A stretch of 64,000 nucleotides of DNA from contig CAIIXF020000001.1 in assembly GCA_903813345.2 (NCBI GenBank), positions 49,910,001 to 49,974,000 on the forward strand, read 5' to 3'. Position 1 is the first letter of the stretch. Every line of letters begins with the position of its first letter. The translations under genes and the position numbers were made by a program. This stretch comes from Owenia fusiformis (taxonomy: Eukaryota). The notes below the pieces were generated by a model. It did no database searches, had not been told where the DNA came from, and saw only the letters and a list, made by a program, of their open reading frames with translations. Below, piece by piece: positions 27,401 to 39,400 of the stretch.

Positions 27401-30400
27401 TCCAAGAATGTAAAGGAATATGGCCAATGTAAAGCTTTTTGAAAATACATGCCTTAAAAGTTATCAAGTATATATATATAGTATATATCCCTTCTATATA
27501 TCATAAAATAATGTAAGTCCAAGAATGTAAAGGAAAATGGCCAATGTAAAGCTTTTTGAAAATGCATGCCATAGATTTTACTTCTATAGATCGTAAAATA
27601 ATCTAAGTCCAAGAATGTAAAGGAAAATGGCCAATGTAAAGCTTTTTGAAAATGCATGCTGTAAAATTTCACTTCTATAGATCGTAAAATAATCTAAGTC
27701 CAAGAATGTAAAGGAATATGGCCAATGTAAAGCTTTTTGAAAATGCATGCTATAAAAATTCACAACTTTCAATCACAAAATAATCTAAGTTCATGAATGT
27801 AATGGAATTTCGCCAATGTAAAGCTTTTTGAAAATGCCTGCATAAAAAGTTCACAATTTTGCTTCGTGAAATATTCTAAGTCCAAGAATGTAAAGGAATA
27901 TGGCCAATGTAAAGCTTTTTGAAAATACATGCCTTAAAACTTATCAAGTATATATCGTAAAATATTCTAAGTCCAAGAATGTAAAGGAAAATGGCCAATG
28001 TAAAGCTTTTTGAAAATGCATGCCATAAAATTTCACTTCATAAGATCGTAAAATAATCTAAGTCCAAGAATGTAAAGGAATATGGCCAATGTAAAGCTTT
28101 TTGAAAATGCATTCTGTAAAATTTCACCTCGTTAGATCATAAAATATTTTAAGTCCAAGAATGTAAAGGAATATGGCCAATGTAAAGCTTTTTGAAAATG
28201 CATGCCATAAAATTCACTTCTATATATGATAAAATAATCTAAGTCCAAGAATGTAAAGGAAAATGACCAATGTAAAGCTTTTTGAAAATGCATGCCATAA
28301 AATTTCACTTCTATAGATCGTAAAATAATCTTAAGTCCAAGAATGTAAAGGAAAATGGCCATTGTAAAGCTTTTTGAAAATGCCTGCATAAAAAGTTCAC
28401 AACTTTGCTTCGTGAAATATTCTAAGTCCAAGAATGTAAAGGAATATGGCCAATGTAAAGCTTTTTGAAAATGCATGCTGTAAAAGTTCACCTCTCCGGA
28501 TCGTAAAATATTCTAAGTCTAAGAATGTAAGGGAAAATGGCCAATGTAAAGCTTTTTGAAAATGCATGCCATAAATTACACTTCTATATATCATAAAATA
28601 TTCTAAGTCCAAGAATCAATGTAAAGGAATATGGCCAATGTAAAGCTTTTTGAAAATGCCTGCATTAAAAGTTCACAACGTTGCTTCGTGAAATATTCTA
28701 AGTCCAAGAATGTAAAGGAATATGGCCAATGTAAAGCTTTTTGAAAATGCCTGCATTAAAAGTTCATAACTTTCAATCGTAAAATAACCAAAGTCCAAGA
28801 ATGTAATGGAATATCGCCAATGTAAAGCTTTTTGAAAATACATGCCTTAAAAGTTTAAAAGTTCAGTAAGTGGGATGTTTTCAAATTTCTCAACTCGTCA
28901 TTGTAAAGAAAAAAAGCTTTACTTAAAAATGACATAAATTTTTGTCCCTAAATCTTGACACTGATAATAGGTAAGCATAACACACTGTATCTCATTAGAC
29001 ATGGTTTTATTATTTTCTGAAAAAACACATTTAGACAGGCAGGCAAACCCACACATCGGTCACATTTGCTCTGATTTTCAGTGCTGGCGACTGGCCGTTG
29101 AGTATTTTTTTCAAACTCGCATTCAGTTTTGAACAAAATACTCATTGGCTGGGTACCAGTGTTGAAGATCAGAGTAAATGTGACCACTGCATAAGTGCTA
29201 AACTTGAGTTATGGATATACATTGAAAGTGATGAATCAAGGAATACAAGTTATCCCATGGTTGCAAGGACATAAATCAAATATCACGTGAAGATATATTT
29301 CATATGTCGATCATGATATCATAATTTAGCGAAAGTTCCCCAAAATGTTTTCAATTTTTTCCTATGGGGTAAACAGACAATCCTATGGGTTTGAAAAAAT
29401 ATCAATTATATCCACTCATGGATATCCATATCTTCACTCATTCACTGCGCTCACTCATGAAGATATCAATATCCACTCATGGATATAAATGATGTTTTTT
29501 CAAAATCATTGGATATTCCTATACATGTAATATTATAGGATTGAGAATCTGTTGTTCTTGCCATTGGAATAATGAGGTCAACAGACACTACGATGTCACA
29601 GTAAGATAAAAATAGGAATTGTTAACTCTTTAGATTGTATGTCCCCCAGTATGTCCTGAAGATAACCAGTTTCCATTGCAGAGTGAGCCCAGAAGCTCTA
29701 GAAGTTGGAGAGAATAATGTGCTAGGATTTCAAGTAGATAGAGTGAAGAATGCAGAGGCAGGGGAGGGCAAAGTTAGACTCACTGCCTACTATTCCACAT
29801 CAGGGAAAGTGAGTCAACAGTAACTATATCTTAACTTATTGCAAAATTATTGTAACCAAACTATCCTAAGTGATCTCTGTAATGATTTAAAAGAGCCAAA
29901 TATAAGAATCGGGTCAAAATATTGACCTGTGACCGACAATTTCTATTTTTCTTTGGACACATGTGGTTAAAGTCTGATATTTCAAATATATTGTGTGTAC
30001 ATTCTCACATGATTCAGCATCCCAGATTGAACTCTGGTAAGAAAGAAGATGCAATGACCTCATTGCAAAAGAAATATGGTAGAAGAATACCATTATAAAG
30101 TTTGAAGGGATCAGTTGGTAATAATAGAATTACTTTTTTGATAGACCCAAGCCCTTATTAGATGGATGTACTTCCATATACATGTATTTTTAGGCATTTC
30201 ATCATCATTATCATTATTTTCCTCTTTCAGATCGTGCAATCTGGGTCCACACCAGTAACATGTACTACATTGGGAGTTCGTTCCAACTTCAGGTACAAAT
30301 ACCATGTGTTTGGTCAACAAGAGGCCATCTTTCACGACGTCAATTTCAGATCAGACATGGTGCTCATTGTTCGGTTCTATCTGCGCCATGTAGGACGTAA

Positions 30401-33400
30401 CATTTCAGATGAGTTCCATTCTGACAAGCCTGAAGATGGGAACATCTATGAAGAAGAAACATTAGTTGCATGGGGAGCCATTAGTATCATGGCACGCAAG
30501 ATAAAAAGGCAAAGTGAATGTGAGTACATGTATATGGTACCTGGTATATATTGCAATCTAGGCATCTGTGCCAGAACTTATGTTGCACCCAGCGCTCATA
30601 CTTATTTGGTGTTATTTCAATAAACATGTATCATTGATTTTAGTTATAGTGCAGGGGGACATATGTAATATTAAGTATAAAATGATAATCTCAAAAAAGA
30701 TTTGAATATAAAGGAAAAATGAAATATTTATCATGTCTTTATTCACCAAATACCATAGTCAATTTGAGTCACATTGATTTAATTCACTTTATTGTTTGGT
30801 TTAATATCCATCATGCACTCCATGGTGACATTGCCGAGAAGTAGTCAATATTCATTGTTATATACTGGTCGCTCCCATTACCGAGAAGTAGTCATATTCA
30901 TTGTTATAAACTGGTAGCTCCCATTTTGACCATCATTTGATGGTCTGTGTTGGGCATGTAACAACTGTAACACTTGTAATTGAAACCAGATGATAACATC
31001 TTGATATATTCATATTTGTTTTTATTTGATTCAGTTTCTGGGCCACATGACTCTGGTTTACAAGGGCAAGATGTTGGTAATCTGAGGGTGAATACAGGGG
31101 TACATACTATACAACTCTATACGCCCCCTATCCCCGAGCCACATACAATACCGCTTGAGTATCAGCATAGACCTAAAGATTGGGAAAGGTAAAGATGTTA
31201 AATCCAACAAATTGCTTGTTATATCACTACCAAAAGTGGTGCCATATTGTTATAGTATCACATTTTTTGTGGACTACATATGTTTGGCAGTTGATTTTTG
31301 GCATTCGATAGTCATAAGTCTGTAACAAATGGTGTTCGACTGCCAGGATCTGTTACAAATGGGAGGTGGTGACATTCTGCATGTTAATGCCTTGACAGTA
31401 CTTGTACATTACTAATATATGATATTAGTGATATTATCATGAATACCAGTATTTTTTGAAGTTCATACTTTTTTTATATAATTTGTAACGGACAGGAAGT
31501 CAATGCAGAGAGGAATGTACACTCTTCTCTAGATAATTTGTGTAGACCATGAAATCAAATTCAAATCAAAACACACAATTTACATTTCTGTCTATAAGAA
31601 AATTAAAGTCCTGTAAACATTTTGGTCGATAACAATTTTATTTAGCCTTTTATAGAATCTCCCTCCTAAACATTGTGTCATTTGCCCATTAAACCAGGTA
31701 CAATATGTAGACAATGGATTTTCCCCATATTCTGTTCTCTGATTCAGGTGTTTGATATATAGACCTTTGCTTGCAGGTATGGTAAGGCCAATGTGAGAAT
31801 TTATATGTTTACTGGAACACCAAGGCCAGGTTCTTTATCACAGAGTGATGCCTCAGATGATGAAGATGAGAATACAATACCACAGGTATGTTGTTTATTA
31901 GTACATGAAATAAAATTTCATATCTTATGTGCCACTTATAATGTTTTAGCATATCAAAAGAATTAAGGCTGCAAACATATTTTGAATTTTTGTTAATCTT
32001 TTCTTATCTGCTAAACTTTCAAACTAAACCTCAATGTTGATTCCCAATGTTGATTGTCTAACTAGGTTGAAAAGAAAATATAACTGTGCCATTGGTCTAT
32101 GAGAACTGAAATTTAAAAATGCATTTTTCTCTGAACCACTTTCATGCATGAATGATATTTATTTCTCTCGATCTTATTTATCAACTAATTTTTTGAATTT
32201 TTTCACAAAAACACATGAACCATGCATTGGTGTGAATTATTACTTATTAAAAGATACATGTGACCTCAATCATGATTTTTCAAACAAAATGTCTTTAAAA
32301 AACCACCTTTTGAAATTCAGAAAAGTTTCACATTATCACAATTTCATAACATTGGGTAAGAATACAAAATAAGCCAAAGTGGTTTAAATGGGTCCTTTAA
32401 TTTAGTATCTCATCAATGGTCCAAAATAGCGGTTGAGATTATTTTGATCTGTGTTACACATATATTCCAAATATCCATTGGCAAATTCTTCATGGCTTAT
32501 CAGTCCATCATTATTTGTATCCATGTAGTCAAATTGCATTCTTGCAAATCTTTTATCGAGGCCCAGTCCATTCCAATATACCATGTAGTTATCAAATGTC
32601 ATGAAACCAGGCACGTCCAAGCTTAGAAGCTACAATTGCACAATTGTTCTATAAACATTTACATGTTATTGTTAGTTGCGCCTAATACCCAATATTTGGG
32701 AGACAGTTAAAGTAAATTTATATCTTTAATTGGAATGTTTAATTGTATTCAATATTTACAATAGAATAGATTTAAAATCAATGACATGCTCAAAAAATGA
32801 TTAAAACTCAGCAAAAACTAATTTATCAAATCATATATCACCAATAACCACTTATGTTAATTCTATTTACCATGGCAATTTGATATGATGTATACACTTT
32901 TATTGAATATTAGAAACAAATTTCAGTCTCCATGACAAGTGGTAAAAGGGAGAAGCCTTTAGAGTGAGACCTATCTATTGGCAGTGCAGAGGTATAAAAT
33001 GGTCAATTTTCAACAACTAAATGGACCATCATATGAAAATGTACATGTACCTGGGCATTTTCTGTTTGAATTTTATACCACTTCTCAACTGTTTCTGGGT
33101 TGTCTTTCTGTATCCAAACAGTCAGAAGTTGCTGTGCTACTGAAGGAGAATTCGGAATGCCCTGTGATTCCCCAGATGTGCAGTAGTCCTGAAAAGTCTG
33201 GTATATGCCGTCTCTTGCCTTCCCTGTCAAGTTAGCTGAAATTTCAAGTCATAAAGATTTTAACTAGAATGCATGAGAGCAATTAGGCCATAAGAAGTAG
33301 ATTCTCTGTTTTGTGTCTCCTTGCTTGCACGATTTTGAGTAAACCAGAAAAAAACAAACACATCTAAATAGCAATCACAAGGGTCTGAAAGTACCATCGC

Positions 33401-36400
33401 ATTTCGTTCAGTATCAATCAGACGAAATGGAGGATAAAATTGACGGTGTTTTTGATTACTTTGGCATGCATTGTGTAATTTTCTTATTTTTTACCCTTGA
33501 ATAATAGCTATGTTTAAATATATTGTATAAAATGTATAGATATGTGTTTGTAATCAGTGCATAAAATGTTATACATTTCCCAGCAAACAAGTTTGTGTTT
33601 TTTCTTGAGTTTGTGTTTGTTTTCCTTGTACCCTTGCATAATTTGGATTTTGCCAGGACGCAAAACGAAGAATCTGATTCTTATGGCCTTATTGAAGAAT
33701 GTTAATAAAAGCTGAAGAAACTTAATGGTCAAGGATGAGTAATTTGTCTGCCCTCACTTGGTAGTACCCTTCAGGCAAGAACACTTCATGTACATGTAAT
33801 TTGCATATGATTTCTAATTGTAGTAATTGAATCAATATTCTATTATAATAGTGATACATGTTAAACTCAGTTTCATTAATATTGTTGTGCAGAAAGCTGA
33901 ATTTACATGTAAATTGATACATCAAAATAAATTAAATCTTTTAATCAATTCTACTGGTTCTTCCACTCTAGTTCTACAGGGTGAGCCAAAAAAGGTAACC
34001 CAAACAAATGTTAATGATTCATTCATCCAGCATTTGTTTAATGTCATATTTGGCACAATTAAAAAAAATTGAACCTTGTTCAATGTTCAAGTTTCATAGG
34101 TCAAATTTCATTTCAAATAGTCATAATTTTGTGGCCATTTTACAAAAGATGCTCAAAATGCCAGTCTCGTCTCTGGAGGCAAACTTGAATGCATCAGGTG
34201 ATTTTGTTCTGACTACATGTGTCATTTTCCTTCTAATCTTTTGTTTCGACTCATTGGTGCTTTGTGAGTGTAGACATTTTCTTTAGAATAGGCCCAAAGA
34301 TAAAATTCTTAATTGGATGACTTTGTCATGTTTCGGCGCTTGGAGCATGTTTTGTAAAATGACTACATAAAATCGTGAGTGTTAAATATAGAGTATGTTC
34401 AGTTTCTGATTCAGGTATTTACATTCTTCAAATTGTGGTAAGATGTTGATAGAGGATTTAATCTTTTTCTGCTAGATGCTAGAAAGCATCATACTCGTTT
34501 CCCAGTTCCATTTTCAATAAAAACATCATACCTTGGAAATCCAAGATGAGAAAGCATGCAAACAACCTATTACAAAATGTGTGGTATTAGAAATATGTAT
34601 TTTTGAGATCTATTGAGGGTCTAGAGGGGGAGCTGGTAGGAACAGAATCGCATAATTAACTAGCTATACCCTAACCTTCTCTTACAAATTTATCAACCAC
34701 CTGCATATGATCCTCATAGCCCATCACTCCATCTTTGTCTTTGTCAAAGGTCAGTAGAATAGTTAACATCTTCCTCATCCATGTCAGAGGTAGCTGCCTT
34801 ATCTAAAGTAGAAGGGGAAGGTTATAACTTTTCTACAAACCCTTTACTAGTCTCATATCAGACTTCGGTCCCCAAGTCTTTGTTGTTCATGGTATTCAAT
34901 ATTTAGATAAAATTAGACTTTTTCTCAGGAATCGTGGGCCAAAAATACACAGCATATGCCACTGTACATCATGCATGAAAGTTGAAACTATTTGATTTGC
35001 ACTGACTTGAATTCAGCTTGATCTGGTGATGATGTCACGATGATACCCAAATCCTTTGAATGCATGTCATATATAATGTTTAGACTGTCATCTAGTTTTC
35101 TGAGTTGTTTATATGTTGAACTGAGATGAATAAAGCTGAAAATATTGAATAACACAAGATAAGAGACAGTAAATGCATGACTTCTAAAATGTTACTGCAT
35201 CCTTTCGCCCAGCCTTGATCTATATAGCCTACTGTATATCAGAAACATAATTATATGTCTCTGTGTATGTATAAAAGGTGGTCATATTGTCACATGTTGT
35301 AGAGAAAGGTCTATAATTTTAGTTGATGCCATAATTTATTCTCAGTCTTAAATTTTGAAGAAATTACAAGAGTTTAACAAACATGGCTGAAAATTAGATA
35401 TTCTGCAAAATTGTACCAATGTGATTCACGAAAATTGTTGAAACACATTGGATGATCTTAAACAGCTTGCAGTTAGAGATACAAGTTTAAAATCCTACCA
35501 TATGACAAAGGGGACACTTTTTAAGCAGAAAACACATTTTACACTTTCATTGATAATTTTGAAGCAGTTTTAACCATTCAACAGTTCAGGGGTATGTTAC
35601 CTACACCAACAGTAAGAGGGGGATTAACCCCAGAGTTCAAAGATGACATACGCTTATAATGTAAACCTGTATTGAGATGACATACACCTCTGATTGGTCC
35701 AAATCGATAAACAAAAATGGCGGATTCAAAATGATCTAATAACGCTTCGAATGATATTATGTTGATTCCTGGCGTATTCACCAATATCATAGGTTGGTTT
35801 TTCACATCAAGATAAAGATATATGTAAGGAATATGTTTACATCGATTTTAACATCACGATGACGCGCTATGTTCGAAAATCAACTGGTGAGAATTTGCGC
35901 AAACGAAGGTGGTACGGACCACCCTGTATGATAGGATTTTATTTGCACCGATTCTAGGTCAATCACAGAGTTGGTTTGCTTCAGTTACAATCTGAAATGA
36001 TGAGAGCATTGAACTTTTGTTGAATAATGATTGGTGCACAATCAAAAAATAGAATTCTTCATAAGAACTTCATCATACTGTATGTTGATCAATAATATGT
36101 GGATATATAAAGTAATTAGGAGGCCCCATCGGGGGGCCTCCTATCAATTTTGTAGATATTATTATTATTCTTTATTATTCTTTATTAGGAGGCCCCATCA
36201 ATTTTGTAGATATTATTCTTTATTATTATTCTTTATTATTTATTCTTCCTCCCTCTTTTTCTCCTACTTCCAACTACCTTTCAACTAGGTACTACATAGT
36301 CCTACTAGGGACCTGGGCTGAACTTGGCGGGAAAGGAATTTTTATCTAGGTCAAGGTCAAAGGTCAAAATCTAGGTCAAATCTAAGTTTTTTTCAAGTTT

Positions 36401-39400
36401 CTCAAATTCTGACACTACACTTAAATATTTTTTGGCTGAATTTTTGCACACGGATAGATATTAGGATTCTATTAGTCTTAGCCTTTTGCCGTCTAGAGAA
36501 ATTTTGCCTAGATTTTGAGATATTGAAGGTCAAAAAAAGGTCAAAAAAGGTCTTTTTTCAACTTGCTTCAAATTGACCAATTTTTTTTTTAAAACTCATC
36601 TACAAGTTCTCAGGATTCCAAATCTAACCTTACTTTTGACCTTTGACCTTTGGTTGACCTTCAGTGACCTCCGAAAGGTCAAAAAAGTTGATTTTTCAAA
36701 TCGATTTTCTGGATTCAAATTTAGGTATATTTATTCACAAAAGACCTTCTGAGGTCTAAAAAAGTAAAGTTTGCAAGGTCAAAGGTCAAGGTCATCAAAC
36801 GAAATCACAAACTGTGTTTTCTAAGTTTCTCAAAATTGGAGACTACAAATCAATTTTTTTTACTGAAAGTCAGAATATATATTTCTCTAAAGGTTCTACA
36901 CATATTAGCAATTGACTATTTATTAAAATTTTGCTCCAGTTTTGAGATATTAGAACTCAAAAACTGAAAAAAGGTCAAATTTCAAAATTTTTCAAGGTCA
37001 AATTTCAACTTGCTCTAAATTGACCAAACTTTTTTTTAAAAAGCATCTACAAGATCTCAGGAACTCAAATCTGACCTTAGTTTTGAACTATGACCTTTAG
37101 TTGACCTTCAGTGACCTTCGAAAGGTCAAAAAAGTTAATTTTTCAAATTGATTTTCTGGATTCAAATTTAGGTTTCTTCAATCAGAAAAGATATACTGAG
37201 GTCTAAAAAAGTAAAACCTGTAAGGTCAAAGGTCAAGGTCATCAAACAAGATCACAAACTGTGTTTTCTAAGTTTCTCAAAGTTTGTGACTACAAATCAA
37301 TATTTTTGAATTAAAGTCAGGATATATATTCCTCTAAAGGTTTTACACATAATAACAATTGATTATCTATTAAAATTCTGCACCAGTTTTGAGATATTGG
37401 ACCTCAAAAACTGAAAAAGGTCTAATGTTGAAATTTTTCAAGGTCAAATTTCACATTGCTTCAAATTGACCAAACTTTTTTTTAAAAATCATCTACAAGA
37501 TGCCTGGAGTTCATATATGTCCTTGTATTTAAGATTTGACCTTTGGCTGACCTTTAAATGTTCAAAAAAGCCTACAGGGCCTCCGTAAGATTGCTTGCAA
37601 TCTTCTAGTTATTTATTCTTCCTCCCTCTTTTTCTCCTACATCCAACTATCTTTCAACTAGGTACTACATAGTCCTACTAAGGACCTGGGCTGAACTTGG
37701 CGGGAAAGGAATTTTTATCTAGGTCAAGGTCAAAGGTCAAAATCTAGGTCAAATCTAAGTTTTTTTCAAGTTTCTCAAATCCTGACACTACACTTAAATA
37801 TTTTTGGCTGGATTTTTGCACACAGATAGATATTAGTATTCTGTTAGTCTTAGCCTTTTGCCGTTCAGAGAAATTTTGCCTAGATTTTGAGATATTGAAG
37901 GTCAAAAAAAGGTCAAAAAAGGTCTTTTTTCAACTTGCTTCAAATTGACCAATTTTTTTTTTAAAACTCATCTACAAGTTCTCAGGATTCCAAATCTGAC
38001 CTTACTTTTGACCTTTGACCTTTAATTGACCTTCAGTGACATCCGAAAGGTCAAAAAAGTTGATTTTTCAAATCGATTTTCTGGATTCAACTTTAGGTAT
38101 ATTTATTCACAAAAGATCTTCTGAGGTCTAAAAAAGTAAAATTTGCAAGGTCAAAGGTCAAGGTCATCAAACGAAATCACAAACTGTGTTTTCTAAGTTT
38201 CTCAAAATTGGAGACTACAAATCAATTTTTTTTACTGAAAGTAAGAATATATATTCCTCTAAAGATTCTACACATATTAGCAATTGACTATTTATTAAAA
38301 TTTTGCTCCAGTTTTGAGATATTAGAACTCAAAAACTGAAAAAAGGTCAAATTTCAAAATTTTTCAAGGTCAAATTTCAACTTGCTCTAAATTGACCAAA
38401 CTTTTTTTTAAAAAGCATCTACAAGATCTCAGGAACTCAAATCTGACCTCAGTTTTGAACTATGACCTTTAGTTGACCTTCAGTGACCTTCGAAAGGTCA
38501 AAAAAGTTAATTTTTCAAATTGATTTTCTGGATTCAAATTTAGGTTTCTTCAATCAGAAAAGATATACTGAGGTCTAAAAAAGTAAAACCTGTAAGGTCA
38601 AAGGTCAAGGTCATCAAACAAGATCACAAACTGTGTTTTCTAAGTTTCTCAAAGTTTGTGACTACAAATCAATATTTTTGAATTAAAGTCAGGATATATA
38701 TTCCTCTAAAGGTTTTACACATAATAACAATTGATTATCTATTAAAATTCTGCACCAGTTTTGAGATATTGGACCTCAAAAACTGAAAAAGGTCTAATGT
38801 TGAAATTTTTCAAGGTCAAATTTCACATTGCTTCAAATTGACCAAACTTTTTTTTAAAAATCATCTACAAGATGCCTGGAGTTCATATATGTCCTTGTAT
38901 TTAAGATTTGACCTTTGGCTGACCTTTAAATGTTCAAAAAAGCCTACGGGGCCTCCGTAAGATTGCTTGCAATCTTCTAGTTATTTATTCTTCCTCCCTC
39001 TTTTTCTCCTACTTCCAACTACCTTTCAACTAGGTACTACATAGTCCTACTAGGAACCTTGGCTGAACTTGGCGGGAAAGGAATTTTTATCTAGGTCAAG
39101 GTCAAAGATCAAAATCTAGGTCAAATCTAAGTTTTTTTCAAGTTTCTCAAATCCTGACATTACACTTCAATATTTTTGGCTGAATTTTTGCATACAGATA
39201 GATATTAGTATTCTATTAGTCTTAGCCTTTTGCCGTCTAGAGAAATTTTGCCTAGAATTTGAGATATTGAAGGTCAAAAAAAGGTCAAAAAAGGTCATTT
39301 TTCAATTTGCTTCAAATTGACCAAATTTTTTTTTAAAACTCATCTACAAGTTCTCAGGATTCCAAATCTGACCTTACTTTTGACCTTTGACCTTTGGTTG

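Noticed and set aside
22458..28612. Many 60-119-aa ORFs with MHFQKALHWPFSFTFLD repeats
   Set aside because: By-products of the tandem repeat in several frames and on both arms; frequently interrupted.
22125..28850. CRISPR-like repeat/spacer appearance of the 80-bp arrays
   Set aside because: The variable segments are a few recurring, mutually similar alleles rather than unique spacers; eukaryotic intron context; no cas genes.
30832..30925. ~46-bp tandem duplication (similar ones at ~56660-56725 and ~58208-58298)
   Set aside because: Ordinary local intronic duplications with no further structure.
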